A stretch of DNA of 64,000 nt from Octopus sinensis (GCF_006345805.1 NC_043005.1:61008001-61072000); one strand, 5' to 3'. Shown: positions 1 through 14,740, counted from the first letter of the stretch. Numbers and translations: made by a program. The notes: generated by a model from the letters alone, not told the origin.

Positions 1-261
1 CCATAATCGTGTGGTGTATCCGATACGCACACACACACCCATATATATACATATATGTATATATATGCTTTCGGTGCGTATGACTTTTTATGCAGCGACG
101 AGTTTACAATTCTGTAAATAATAATAATGGTATTTATATATAAGCTTAAAGCGTATGGCTGTGTGCATACATAATATTTATACATAGATATTATATATTT
201 ATGTATGTCATTCACTGGTTTCTAACGTAGATCCAAGGATCCTACATTGGAATTTCAACAT

Positions 262-400
262 CAAGAACAGGGTATGTATGTAGGTATGTATGTATGTAGG
301 TATGTATGTATGTATGTATGTATGTATGTATGTATGTATGAATGTATGTATGTATGTATGTATGTATGTATGTATGTATGTACGTATGTATGTGTGTATG
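262..400. repeat. (ATGT)n tetranucleotide microsatellite
   Basis: Direct tandem gtat/atgt run; it explains the three overlapping YVCM/HTYI ORFs. Confidence 0.95.
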
Positions 401-639
401 AGAATATGGCAGGGTACATTTCGCATCTTAAGGTCTCCATTAATATTATTCTCTAAATTGTATAATACTTAGGGCTGTAATGGCTAAGAGTAAATATCCT
501 TTTAATAGGCGTTGGAAGCAGTTTCGCCAGAATGACTGATTCTGCAATATATATTTAACACGTTTAGATAGCAACAATTTGAATTTCTATGCTAGGTTCA
601 ATATCTGAAATTGTTTCCTCCGGGAAAAATATACATACA

Positions 640-681
<42 letters not shown>

Positions 682-739
682 TGTGTGTGCGCGCGTGTGT
701 GTGTATACATTCATGCATACATACATATATACATGCATG

Positions 740-950
740 CATACTTGTTTCAGTCATTATACTGCGGCCATGTTGGGGCTATAACTTGATTGCTTTAGGC
801 AAATAAATTGACCACACTACATTTTTAAGCCTGGTACCTATCGCATCTGTTTTTGCTAAGTTACGGGAACGCATACAAACCAACACAGTTTGTGTGGACA
901 AGCATCTATACAAACAGGCATCATAGATATGTACATATATCTCTTTATCT

Positions 951-995
<45 letters not shown>

Positions 996-1200
996 GTATG
1001 TATGTATGTAAGTATGTATGTATGTATGTATATGAACGGCTTCTCAGAGTTTCCATCAACTAAGTCCTCTGACAAGGATTTGGTCTGGTCGGGTTCAGCT
1101 AAAGTGGAAGGTACCTGCCCGTAGAACCACGCAGTTGGACTGAGCCCAAACCCACGCCGTTGAGAAACAAATTTCTTCTCACAAAGCCACGTCGGCACTG
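740..1200 (-). mobile_element. SINE family A (octopus-type), decayed full-length copy with expanded internal microsatellite
   Basis: Reverse complement shows the head (1034-1200), a (TA)n/(TATG)n insert, the body (ccgtaacttagc) and the tail (catggccgcagt..tgactgaaacaag), matching the copy at 4173-4570. Confidence 0.8.
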
Positions 1201-3454
1201 TGATTGTGTGTGTCGTGTGTGTGTGTTTGCTTGTGAATGTGTGTTTGTGACTTTGTGTGTAAGTGTCTTTCAATTTTGAAGTGAAGCTAAAATTTTAGAA
1301 TGGGTTAATATTGATTAATAATTTGAGTAAGTCAATGACTTGCATAGTCGCTAGAGCCTTGCATGAAATACTCTACTTTATTTGTTGAGGCTTTTCCCAG
1401 TGTTTTCAAACCCCACCAATAAAGGAGATATGAGCTCGAGTAAGAGATTGTTGATAATATTAGACTGTAGTACGAGATGTCTTAAGTTATCGGTTCCTGG
1501 TTAGATATGTTCTGACTATATGACCTTCAATAAAAAAGGAATCTGAAACCCATGAAACTGGCAGATGTAATGTTAAACTTTAACCGTGAAATAGCTGCAG
1601 GAAAAAAATTGACAAAAATAAACACATGAGAGAATCGACCGTAAGTTTGGTGGGGCTGGCTTTAGTAGTTACTGAGGGACGTGAGCGTGAACAAAATGTG
1701 AATTACTTTTTAAAAAATAATTATGAGTGTGCCTGCGCAAGATATGGAACAAATATTGCCCGCGTCCAGGCGCTGAGATTGCGATAGTTGTAGGAGAAAA
1801 AGTACGATGGAAGCTTCATGATAGATTATATTTGGAAATAACTTTACACAAATTATTCGGTTAGACTTTTCTGGTTGAGATATAACATGTATGTATGTAT
1901 GTGATGCAACGAAGCATAATATCGTAGATTTACCGTTACTGAATTCCGTGTACAAACTTATGCTGAATATGCGTTCAGATATACTTACATTAAACATATT
2001 CTTAGTATTCTAACATAAAATTTAAATGATTCGGTCTCTTGTTTTGTCATTTTTCTTTTTTATTTACATGGGCAATAATTCATGGATTTTATTGCCAGGA
2101 ATACGAAGCACTCCGATGCGAATGATGCGTCCATGTGACAGAAGGGAATTTGATAAGATAAATAATTAACCTAGTGCCTCCAAAGGCTAACATCTTAACA
2201 TCTATCCATTCACTAGAACTATTCCTCAATAAGTATTCCATGTTCCAACATTCTCATGAAAGCAATTCGATTTTATAACTGGTTCCAACGTTACTTTAAC
2301 AAACCTTACTATAAAAATGTCAATCCTGGAAAATTAAATGATTTCTCACGAAGGTAAATGCTACTTTAAATCACATTTGCTTCATCGAACTATGTATGAA
2401 TATATTGCTTGAATTCTACTTAAATAAGCATTGAAATCGTAAGTAAGCACCTACTGAATTTTCAATCTGCTTAATGTAGCTGTTTTCGATATTGACATTA
2501 TATTGGCAGAGATTTTATTCAAGCAATGGTAAACTATGTTGATTTTTAGGTATTTAAATTTTTTAACTTCTTATGCAGAGGATTTTTCGATATCTGAAAA
2601 CGCAGTAGAATGTGTAATTTTGAAGAACCAGCTAAGGTATCTTTATATACATATTTATATATTTCAATAATGTGTTGCATAAACAAGCAGGTATGGCGAA
2701 AATCGAACAGCAAAATCACAGAAATTCGTAGAAAATTAAAACGGAAATAAAATTAAAACGTAAAAAGTGAAAGGATAAAAAAGCTCGAATATACGGCAAT
2801 GAGTTAGCAAATTTATAAAAAATATGAAGTTGAAATGTGATGTTCATTTTTCAAAGAGTCTATCATAAAAGATACAGGAATAAATCTTATGATAAATTTA
2901 TGTGATTTGTCTTCATCTTACAAACTATATGAATTTAGCAGAAATACGTGCGTATGCACTGGCTTGCTTGCGTGTTCAATCACTGCTATTATAGCCACGC
3001 AAATACAAAATATATGCTCTTATAATTAATTCGTATGTTTCAATGCACTTCATTTGTTCCTAGACTATCTGAGCAATCAAACAGTTATCCAGATAATCAT
3101 AAAAATAATGATTACATCTTTTGTACATACACTAATTATGATTGTGTTAAAATAGTTAATTCTAACATAGGCACGTGGCCAGTAATATGCGAGATGTTAG
3201 TCGGTTACCTTGACTTCAGTATGTAACTGCTACTTTGTGTTATCGATTTGGAAGTAAAGAAACATGAAATCTCGCGTGGGATTTTGTCGGAGTTTATTCT
3301 AAATACTAGCGCACTCATCTGTGTTGAAATAATGTTTCTAAAACAGTAGTCTTTCATATTAATTGTGCTATGATTATTACTTATTTAGAAAATGTATTAT
3401 TATTTCATATCTAATAGAATCAAGTAGTGCTGGTGAAAATATGTAAGATAATTA

Positions 3455-3560
3455 GGGGTAAGATGCTTGCTTCCCAATCACATGGTACCGGGTTCTGTCT
3501 CGCACAAGAGCCTTGTGAGTAGATTTGGTTGAGAGAAACTGAAAGCAATCTGTCGTAGAG
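3455..3560 (+). mobile_element. SINE family A head fragment
   Basis: gcttgcttcccaatcacatggtaccgggtt...gccttgtgagtagatttgg...aaactgaaag matches the family A head with an internal deletion. Confidence 0.75.
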
Positions 3561-4172
3561 ATGTATGCACACGCGCACACATACATACATATATATATAT
3601 ATATGTGTGTGTTTGTGTGTGTATATGCATGTGTGTATGTGTGTGCGTGTGTGCACATTTTCATAAAATATGATGGTTTGGATCTGTTGTCTTCAGTGGA
3701 AACTGCAGTTGTGATAATGTTGGGTGTTGTTGTGCAGAGCGTTTCAATTTAGTGGTTATCTGCCGCTATGGTAGAAGCGTTGGCGGTTACGGTATTATTA
3801 ATGGCGATGCTGTGGCTGCTGAATGTTGCCAACGGTGATATGTGGTAGGCTTTTGCTGTTGTTGATATTTTGTTCCTTGTGTGACATGTTATTGCTGCCG
3901 TTATTATTGTTTTCGGGATTCACAACGGGATTTGTGAGAAGAAGATGTTGGAAATTTTATTTCTAGTCCGTATTCCGACAGCCTTATCATTTGCGACATC
4001 GTGTCTGATTTGACTTTACGCAATCTTTAAATCCAGAGAAATATAAAGAAAATCATTTTCGCATCGCTGCAAACACATCTCGCCTGTTTCCTGTGGTACC
4101 GGTCAATTTAACACCAGAACAGAAGATTGATTTTAGGGGGCCTGATTAACAAAAACAGAAACAAATTACTTA

Positions 4173-4570
4173 GGCATAGGAGTGACTGTATGGTAAGTAG
4201 CTTGCTAACGAACCACATGGTTCCGGGTTCAGTCACACTGGGTGGCACCTTGGGCAAGTGTCTTCTACTATAGCCTCGGGCCGACCAACGCCTTGTGCGT
4301 GGAATTGGAAGGGGAAACTGAAAGAAGCCCGTCGTGTATATGTATATGTATGTGTGTATGTGTGTTTATATGTTTGTGAGTCTGTGTTTGTCCTTGACAA
4401 CCGATGCTGGTGTGTTTGTGTCCCGTAACCTAGCGGTTCGGCAAAAGAGACCGATAGAATAAGTACAAGGCTTACAAAGAATAAGTCCTGTGGTCGATTT
4501 GGTCGACTAAAGGCGGTGCTCCTTCATGGCCACAGTCAAATGACTAAAACAAGTAAAAGAGTAAAAGAGA
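4173..4570 (+). mobile_element. SINE family A, near full-length
   Basis: Head ggcataggagtgactgtatggtaagtagcttgc...ggttccgggttcagtc (Pol III A/B-box-like), internal (TG/TA) tract, tail ggcggtgct..catggccacagtcaaatgact, (aaaagagt)n end; repeated many times in the window. Confidence 0.92.
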
Positions 4571-4594
4571 ATAAAAATTAAACCTTTATACTGA

Positions 4595-4800
4595 AGGCTC
4601 AAGGAGGACTGAAATTTTGTGGGAGGGGACTATCGATTACATCGATCATAGTGCTTCACTTGTATGAAATTTATCTATCCCGAAAGGATAAAAGGCAAAG
4701 TCTCGACTTCGGCGGAATTTGAACTCAGAACGTGCAAACAGACGAAAAGCCGCTAAGTATTTCGCCCGGCGTGCTAACGATTCTGCCAGCTTGCTGCCTT
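4595..4800 (-). mobile_element. SINE family B
   Basis: Reverse complement begins aaggcagcaagctggcagaatcgttagcacgccgggcgaaat; contains the ttctgagttcaaattccgcc B-box-like motif and the gcctttcatcctttcgggg core. Confidence 0.9.
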
Positions 4801-6460
4801 ATAAATAATAATAACATCAGTTTCTAACTTAGACCCTAGACCAGGAATTTTGAGGATAAGTGTTAACCTTACTCATCGATCTCAGTATTTCAACTGGTTC
4901 GATATTTATCGACTCCAGAGAAATCGAAACTAATGCTGACCTCAGTCGTATTTGGGCTCATGATGTAAAAAAAAAAACGTGAACACAACGGTCGCATTTC
5001 TTTCGACACTCTAATGATCCACCTATCAGAAGTTAGGGGGGAACATAATGTTGTTTGAAAGTTGACAGTAGATAAGTGTTACGTATATTTTTATACAAAT
5101 ATTATGAACAGCGACACTGTTCGTGTTATACAAACACCAGTAAATAATATCAGGTATTTTGTAATTTCGTCTATTCTCCTGTTACGAGTATAATAATAAT
5201 GATGTTTTATATGAATATTTACATGAAACGGGCAAAAGCATATCTAAACGGATGCAGCCAAAGCAAATTACTCGATACACGTACAAATCTTCAGTGTCAA
5301 ACCAGATCTACATTGGATTTACGATAGAATTTCTTTGATCTTATTGTTGATTTATCTAATAAGCTAGGTATGAAATCTCCGAATATACACGAGATAATTA
5401 CGTGATACGTGTGTCTCCTGAATCGTACTCATTTTCTTTATCGCATTATCTCTCTTCTTTTCTCCCTTTCTCTCAGTGTTTCTCCTCCACTATATGTCTC
5501 TCAAAATATTGACCTTATGCTGAATGATGCAAACTCTTATTTTATAGCTACGTTTCCTCTCTCTCTAAAATCTCTCTCTTTCTCTCACATTCTCCCTTCC
5601 AGCTCTTTACTATATGTGTGTGTCTGTATGTGTGGTTGTATGTATATATGTATGTGCCCATGTATGTTTGTGTGCTTTTATGTATTTATATGTTATGTTT
5701 GTATGCATGTGTTACGTATGTATATATGTATATTTGTTTGTATGCGCGGCTGTGTATACATTTGTTACTATTGTATTAGACACGGTAATTGTCTTTTAGC
5801 GTTTGTACCTTATCTTGACCGCATACCAATTAGAAATCGATAACACTCGAGGAAATATGTGTTATGATCTTAGTGTCAGTGCATATGTTACAAAACGGAA
5901 AACCGATTTTTACATGAATCAAAGAATCTGGTACCTTCATCATTTGAATTTCAATGTAGTTGTGTCAATGTTATGAACGCGTTGAAGGCAATGGATTGAC
6001 AGAAATCGTTAGAGGGTCGTATAAATATTTATGTGTGGTATTTAGAAACTGACCTTTAAATGCTGATTTCAAAAATCTCACCGAGGTCAGCTTTTCTTTT
6101 TATCTTCCTGAAATCAATAAAATAACCACACAACTACATTTCAACGTTGAATTTAACCTCCTATACGCCATCATTGCTATCTTTCAGGAATTGTTCCAAT
6201 GTTAGATTAGTAAACAGTGCTATGAGTGAGGGTATTTGTAGAAGCAGTACAGTGGCGGTCAATATTCCTTACGTTAAATTGTTGTGTGCCTGCACACTCT
6301 AATTACAAATCGTACCACGATTCATTTTCCCTTTCATTCGTCGATTATCGAGAAAAGAAATACGAGTAGGACATTGTAGTCCATTTGCTTGGCTATAAGG
6401 ATTCCTAAATTGAAGGTTCAGTGCTTATGTAAATAACAAGCCACTTTTATGAGTTCTACA

Positions 6461-6690
6461 AGGGAGCATAGCCTAGCGATTGGGTGCTCCACTCACGATT
6501 GTGAGATCATTGTTTCAGTTCCTGAACTAGGTGGTCCGTTGTGTTCTTGAGCAAAACGCTTCCTCACAAGTTGATGTGTGACCACTTTGTCATCCTACGT
6601 GTAGTACGCCGTGCACTTCTTCAGACAACATCAATTTGTTGGAGGCGGTGAGCTAATTTACAGCAAACACATTTGATTACTATAATTGAA
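6461..6690 (+). mobile_element. tRNA-headed SINE family D, decayed
   Basis: gggagcatagcctagcgattggg...cagttcctgaactagg...gttgtgttcttgagcaaaac resembles the copies at 7350-7575, 15250-15400 and 62577-62730. Confidence 0.65.
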
Positions 6691-7349
6691 TTATATGTGC
6701 AAGTTGTACTGCAAGAAATTGCAGAGCTATCTTTTCAGAGTACGAGAAATTATCATTATGATTGCTGCTGCGATATTGATTTTAACACACTGCTATCTCA
6801 ATAAAATTTGGATATTTGGTTTTACACACTCTATATTCTCTGCCACAACGTTTCTAAATTCCAGTGAGACATTGCATTGGTAGCTTAAAACTCTTAAACA
6901 TTGCAAGTGTCGACTATGCCGACGTATTAGTATTACGATTAGGATGACAGTTGATTCTGCTGAATATATTACTCCTGGCGTTTGGAATCACATTACGCTA
7001 TAAATGATATATCACGTACTATTAGATATATAAAGTTTGGTATCTTTTATATTCTTTGTGAAAATATTTATTTGTATGAGTTATGTTAGTGTAATTAATC
7101 CTCAAAATTCACTTCAGTTGTTGGGAAATTATTATTTGATAACAAGTGTGTTTATGCAGTATTAATATCAAAGGAGTTATACCCAAGTGTGTTCGCTCTT
7201 CTTCGGTCCATAAGTGTTTTCCGAAAGAGTTGTTCTGGAACAAGTTTCATACCGTTAAATATTTCGTTTGAATTCAATTGCGTACAATATCAACTACATT
7301 TAAAAACCCGTTCACACATAAAACTAAAACAAAAAAAAAAAAGCAATGG

Positions 7350-7575
7350 AGGATAAAACTTCTTCCCGGGGTATAAAGACTCATAAAGCCGGCTTCCAGG
7401 TATATCTATGGTAGCGTGTATATCCTACGCATTGGACAGGATGCCAGCTGAGTGGTCTGGAGCAACGTGAAATAAAGTGCTTTGCTCAAGCACACGCCTT
7501 GCCCAGTATATTATCGAAATGACAATCATACAATCATGGGTCTAACACTACTACCACTACGTCATACGCTTCTAC
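7350..7575 (-). mobile_element. tRNA-headed SINE family D, decayed
   Basis: cagctgagtggtctggagcaacgtgaaataaagtgctttgctcaagcacac is the reverse complement of the family D core. Confidence 0.7.
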
Positions 7576-8984
7576 GATCACGAGTCGTCACAGTAAAATG
7601 CATGCTAATTTCAGTATAATTGCTATTACTACTATCATTCCACCTTAGCTTAAGAGTGGATAAGTAAACACGTTAGTTACATTCTAGCTGTAAACACTCT
7701 ACTTTGGTATAATTGTGGGACATTATAAGATTTCCTTCTGTTAAGATATTACGGTCGGATTTTAAGGAGATTTGTGTTATTTCTCGCAGATCACAAGACC
7801 ACTTAAAGAATAGTTATACAATTTCACACAACTCATATATATCTCAAACTAGTTCATTTTAGGCATTTTTTTTTATCACGATCTCTACATTTAAGAAAGA
7901 ATTTTTTGCTGAAATTCACGTTGGGGCAATTCTTTTATTCTTTTGGCGTAAATATGCAATAAATTACTGGCTAGATATTTTTTTAGTATGCTGAAAATGT
8001 TTCAAAACTGTGATAGTTAGCGTGCTTTTTAGTTAATTCATGTACATTTTTCGTTTTAATATTTTCTTCTCAACAATCACTGTTTACCAAATTGCATTTT
8101 GTGACAGATTTTACTTATTTTGAAAGAGATTTAAGACATGATTACTTACAAAACCGTTGTCTAATATACATAAATTTTTTTCAGCAAATATAAGATGATG
8201 CTAATCTCTTTAAAACAATATTAATTTTGCACATGTCTAGTGTATTTGGAATTACGAGCTAAATCTATTCGTATCGATCAGTGGTAGAGTGCACAGCTGG
8301 AATATGTGTTGCTCGGACTAATTTAGATCAAACTACTTCATAAGCTGGGTTATATGTGTGTGATGCGTTTGTTTGTTTGTGTGTGTGTGTGCGCGCGCTC
8401 AGAAATAGGCTTCAAAGATATGAGAAATATAACTGGTTACCGGTAGTGAGAGCGAAATGATAGTGTATTTTTTTCCCTTCGTGTTGATTCTGGGGGAAGA
8501 CAATGCGCTTTGTATTTGCAGGACTTACGGATCTGATTGAGGTTATTAGTGTTCTTGAATCATAATAAGCCAACACTTGTGAGAAAGTTATGTGTAGGAT
8601 AGAAATTGTAGGTAAACGAATTTCTGGAAAGGACGGACTGGGCAATGTGATTAGTGCGGAAGGTCCAGGAGATTGGATACATCAGTGGTGATTGTACGAC
8701 AGTGAGATGGTATTTTGCACGGTGGTGCAAAGGCTATTATTATAAGTCAGATAAAAGCAGAAAGATGAAACAACACGCTTGAAACTGGGGGCGTGTAACG
8801 AATCTGTGACTACATTTATGCCAAAGAGTCAGATGTTGCTGCAGGGAAATTGAAAGACAAATTCAGTATTGGAGGAATGAAGGAAGAAAGGTAAAATTTG
8901 AGAGAAGAAAAAAGATAATCATTTTTGATACTTATTTTAAGGAGTGTCTAGGTTTTCTGACTAATAAGATATATTTATATTGGA

Positions 8985-9380
8985 TTCAAACTTTGGTAAA
9001 AGGCCAGCAATTTCGGTTGAGTAGCAAGTCGATTACACGACCCCAGTATTCAACAGGTACTTATTCCATCGACCCCGAAAGGATGAAATGCAAAGTAGAC
9101 CTCGGTGGGATTTGAACTCAGAACGTAAAGACGACGGACGAAATAGCTATTTCTTTCCTACCCACAAGGGGCTAAACACAGAGAGGACAAACAAGGACAG
9201 ACAAACAGATTAAGTCGATTATATCGACTCCAGTGCGTAACTGGTACTTATTTAATCGACCCCGAAAGGATGAAAGGCAAAGTCGACCTCGGCGAAATTT
9301 GAACTCATGACGTAGCGACAGACGAAATACCCCTAAGCATTTTGCCCAGCGCGCTAACGATTCTGCCAGATCACCGCTTT
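8985..9380 (-). mobile_element. Composite (dimeric) SINE family B
   Basis: A full B unit (9147-9380) is followed in element orientation by a 5'-truncated second B unit (8985-9146); the same architecture occurs at 62170-62556. Confidence 0.88.
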
Positions 9381-11630
9381 ATCATATATCAATATTACAA
9401 AATATTACTAAAATGCAGGTTAATATAACTGTATATATAATGCAATGTGGCAATGTGTACAAGGACACAACCACGTTACAGCTCAATTATTTCCGACACA
9501 GGAATTCAAAATAAGTTATTTGCTCAACAAATGCAAGTAAAATATAGGCTTTATTTCCTCTTTAATGTTGGTAACACATTAAAGAAACTTTACAAGATTA
9601 TATGAAGAATGAAAAACAAATTATGTTGGTTGCTGACAAGTAGGTGTGGTGACACGTAATTCTAGTTTGGCATATTTCTTTTATATAAATCTTAACAATA
9701 CAAAGACTTGCAGGTGTGTAAATATAAAGAAAAAATATATATTCCAAAACGCAGCTACTTCACCATTCGGTTCAGAAAACCTTTGTCAGTGTAATCTTCC
9801 TTTAAATTCTTTTGATCACAATCACATATACACACCAGCCTAGCTTTAATCTAACAGCGTAAAATTAGAAAAATACTGATAAAACACGTTTTGATGAAAA
9901 CGATTTTATGTCTTGGATGTATATTTGTTACAACTGATGTTTAGCCTGCTGCTCGCTCTGTACATGGGTTGCAGCGAAATAAAACAACTACCTGTTCAAC
10001 ATATATATAATAAAAAGGAGTTACACATCCTACGACGTTTATCTTAGTTTCTTCCTTTTTTTTCGTCAAAGGAAAACAGTCACGAAATCTCGTTTCCTTC
10101 TATTCTTAAGCATATGAAACCTAAAGTCGATAGCAGGAAAGACTCTATAAAATGCAACTTTGACGTTTGTGATATGTTAAACCATCGTATAGCTGATGCT
10201 AAAAGAAATGAAAACGGTCGGATAAAAATTTAGTAATCGATGTGTGAAAGAGTTTGGTATATTTAGCTTCCTTGTAAATCCCCTATAATTTACGATGTTC
10301 TCTACGTTAGCAGAAAGAACGAAAATAAATTACCTTCAATAAATATTAGAAGCAAGTTCACGTGTGTGTTCCTTTACCCTACGATGCTCGCCAATTATGT
10401 GTGAAAGCTATTATTACCAACATTTTCACATCAGTGAGTGCCGTGTCTAAAGATTTGCCTGTATCACATAGCTATCATCAACGCGTGTTCACGTTCTTCT
10501 ATGTTTCTTTATTTTGATTTAGGTTTTGTCGTGGCAAAAATTAAAATATATATGCTCTTCTAGAATATGAAGAAGGCACTGCGAGTGAGAAGCATGAACC
10601 TGATATAAAATATCTTAGAAATAACCGAGAGAATATAATATGTCTTAATTACTGCTGGATTCGTGCCCTTCAACAGAGACAGAAGTGGATGAAGGATTTA
10701 TTTGCATGGCCGGTGGATACAGGAATAGAAACTCACAGCAACCAAATAATTCCATATTCATCGAATTTTTCTTTGAGCTTTATTGCTTCCGATAGAGTAT
10801 TGTTTGTATTCTAGACTTGACCTCAATAAATATCTTATGTATAAGATGATACGTGACAAATATTGTGAAACTTTCACATGTATAGTTGTACCATAGCACG
10901 CATGGAAAGAACATTACATGGATGAATATGTATCATTTATATAAATTTGCTAAATAAATGTTTTTATTCGTTATATATTGTATATATATTTCCTGCCACT
11001 TTTCTTGCATTATGAGAGTGATAAATTATAGAAACTTTAAAGGACAATCTCTCTTAGCTAGAAAACAGTACCGGAACAAGTGAATTTAATGATCACACAC
11101 ATTCGTGTGAATAGTATAAGAATAAATCGATTAAAACCATTCAATTTTCATTTGTCTCATTATTCTGACGTACGACACTAATATTTAGATATTGTTTATC
11201 TCCGGCCTGGTGTTGCTCGGAGATTCCGAGGATGAAAAGCATTTGGGTTATAAACAGCCAGACATGATGTAGATATACAGTATCTAGGACTACACAATCC
11301 AGTGGTTCTTTCCTCTTTGAGGGAGATTTCTCTGTTATCTCTAAAATATAGATTCACCACGGAAAGGCCTACTCTGGTTCAACTTATGCTACATCTCAAT
11401 TCTACGCAGTTTTTTCGTTCCGCTAAGTAACGGGGATATAAATAGTATCTTGCTAAAATCGACACAATAATGCCGGTAGCTTCCCAATACTGAGGTTTAA
11501 AGTTTGCTTCATTTGCAAGGTCCCATATACAAATGACTTCATTCATAACATTTGGTCGACTAAATTATTTTGAATGAAATTTGGTCGCGGGAAAGCAACT
11601 GAAGAACGCGGCAGTGAGATGATTTTCCGT

Positions 11631-12045
11631 TCTCTTTACTCTTTACTCTTTTACTTGTTTCAGTAATTTGACTGCGGCCATGCTGGGGCACCACCTCTAA
11701 TCGAGCAACTCGACCCCGGGACTTATTCTTTTGTAAGCCCAGTACTTATTCTATCGGTCTCTTTTGCCGAACCGCTAAGTAACGGGGATATAAACACACC
11801 AGCATCGGTTGTCAAGCGATGTTGGGGGGACAAACACAGACACACAAACATATACACACACATATATATATATATACATATATACGACGTGCTTCTTTCA
11901 GTTTCCGTCTACCAAATCCACTCACAAGGCTTTGGTCGGCCCGAGGCTATAGTAGAGGACACTTGCCCAAGGTGCCACGCAGTGGGACTGAACCCGGAAC
12001 CATGTGGTTGGTAAACAAGCTACTTACCACACAGCCACTCCTACG
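11631..12045 (-). mobile_element. SINE family A, near full-length and young
   Basis: Close reverse-complement match to 4173-4570, including the (ctcttta)n tail and the head ...accacacagccactcctac. Confidence 0.93.
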
Positions 12046-14740
12046 TTCGTGAGAAAGAGACTTAATTTGTTACCCATTTAATATGAGCATATGAAATCTG
12101 GGTGCCTTATGCAGCGTCTATTCTGTCGCAAGTATTTGAGTCAGAACATTTGTTTTAGATAACCTCATTTCCTCCTTTTGTCCAGAATATCCCAACGAAA
12201 ATCATTGCAACGTTCTTAGTTACCAAAAGAATACATGCAGAGCAGTCGGTTCTTGCGTAGACACAAACATTGTTGTCTATTGCTCTGGTTTCTTTTGATA
12301 CTTTTCTTATCTAAGCATGCTCTGAGAGCAAGTATAATCGAAGACTAAATGGATCTGGAATTATTATTATTTCACTAATGCATAAGAAAGAAGGAAAACT
12401 ACCACCTATATTTAATGAAGGGTTGTCGATACACGAGAGTAAATACTGTTATGTATTTACTACAACTCTGCTCTTTTACTTCTGCCAACTTGCTGAACTC
12501 GTTCAATTATATATTAAAGAACTGAACACTCGAATCATTTTTTTTTTACGAAAATGAAATACAAACGTTCAGAGAGGAAGGTAAAATGTTCCAATTCAAT
12601 TATGTATATAAAAAAAATCCTGCTACCATGACGTAAAAGCGGAACTAAAATATACAAAAAGAAAGCGAAAAACTTGTCAGACGCATTACAGTGAAATATA
12701 ATCTCGTCCATGCATCATTTTCCCTGGCAGCGTTTCTATAAATCATTTCTATTAATTTTAGTAGGATATTTTCTCTCCTCTCTTATATTCCCACACTTTC
12801 CCTTCTCGCTTTCTCTCTTCCCCTCTGTCACTCTTTCCCCACTTCTCTTTATCTCCCTGCTTCTCTCTCTCTCTCTCTCTCTCTCACTCTGTCATTCTCT
12901 CACTTTAAACCTATTTTCGGGTTCTCTTTTATTATCTCGTTATGTCATTCTGTTTTTCTTTTTTTTCTTCTTTTTCCTCTTCATGGCATATTAGTGTCTA
13001 CGTTCAAGAAAGTGGACGGATTATTCGTTCTATATACAACCGTTATGGTAACCGATTTTAGCGTTAATTCAATCTTTATTCCTCCACGAAACTGCATCTT
13101 TCACGCGATATCCTATAGCTAAATTACACGTTGGAATGTGATAAGCTTCCCGAATGACCTGCGTCTATACATTATTGCATGTAGACTAGCACAAATAGTG
13201 CCTTCTAAGCAGAGTAATAATTTAATTGTATGTCCTCTTTATATTAAAGCTCTTTTGTTATTTTTAATATTCCCATTCTTATTATTTTGTCTTACGTATT
13301 ATTATATTCGAAATTATCACCATAATCATCGCAAATTGTTATGGGAGAGGAAACATAGAAATTTCGGCTGTCTCGTAGAACATAACTTTCTCCTCACTGC
13401 GTTCTGATTTCAAACCATATTAGAGTTGATTCTTGCTTTCCTTGCCAATGGTGAAGAAAAGTAGTTACTAATATTACTAGTCCTCTTGTTACGTCAAAAG
13501 TCAACTGAAACAGAGTCTACTCATAAGCAAAGTCACTTAAACTCTAACAATCTTTTTTCTCTCTTTCTTTCTCTCTCTATTTCTCCCTCTTACTATGGCT
13601 TTTATGCATTTTGATGTGTGTCCAGGAATAGGATATCTTATTTAAAGGATATTATGGTCTTATTTGATGTATATTCGGCTTGTATTTTCTCACGGTTTGG
13701 GCTACTGTGTAACAGACACCCTCGTGTCTTAAGTACTTAATAGTATACAATTGTAATTATTTTGTCCACCGACCATACTTGGGCGAATATACCTTTGTGC
13801 AAAAAGCCTCCTCGCCATTACTACCGTTTTCTTTTTTTTTTACGAGTTCAGGAAACTTATAAATACATTTATTCACTATACAATGTTTAAATGATATTCT
13901 GGGTGGCATTTGTAGCTAGTTGAGCTAACACCTAGAGGCGCCATCGTTGGATCGCTGTATTGTAAGGGAATCAGAAGTATTAACAGACACGCTTGTGCAC
14001 GAAAAGGCATGTCTATACTTAGTTATGGTCGTTTAAGTTCTGCATTAAAATTTCACCATTGTCCCATTCGTACGTAATCCTAGAAAGTGGCTCGTACTAT
14101 AGTTCATGTAACCGGTCATACCACTTCACAAACAAGTGGCATTTTGCCAATGTTAGAAATCAAATTACTATGGTTGTATCAATCAACTATGCGAATTCTT
14201 TGGCTATCACTTCAATAGAAGAATTCATTATTTTCTTCGAAGATGTTGAAGTTACTGAAACATAAATCTTCTAGAATAAGTTCAAATACAGAAATGGTCA
14301 ACTTTATATTTTGCCCCTGTAGAGTTCATAAAATAAGTACCCAGTTCAATATTGATGCTGTTTTGATTGACTGTGGCATCCCTGAAGTCAGTTTGGCATT
14401 CTACCAATGTTAGAAAGACATAATTAATATTGGCAGGACAGGTTTTATACATGCTCCTATATCTTATTCTGATACATATATTCATTGAGCTGCATAACAG
14501 TATTTCATTATGGTAAATATATCATTTTTTGCGTATTGACTTTCTTCCGTATTTATGTTAGATACAGTGTTACACTCGAACTTGTTACATCGAGTTGAAA
14601 CTTTCGATTATATCATTGGTTTCCTACCACAATGAAAATTATAAAAGGTGCTACTTACAGACAAACCATGTGACAATCAGAATAATACAATGAATGATTA
14701 TACTAATAAAAGAAAACGATATTATTATAAACTCCACGTT

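Noticed and set aside
10545-10815. ~85-codon stop-free + frame (EYEEGTASEKHEPDIKYLR...)
   Set aside because: No recognisable domain, no convincing donor site and no early ATG; may be an old TE remnant.
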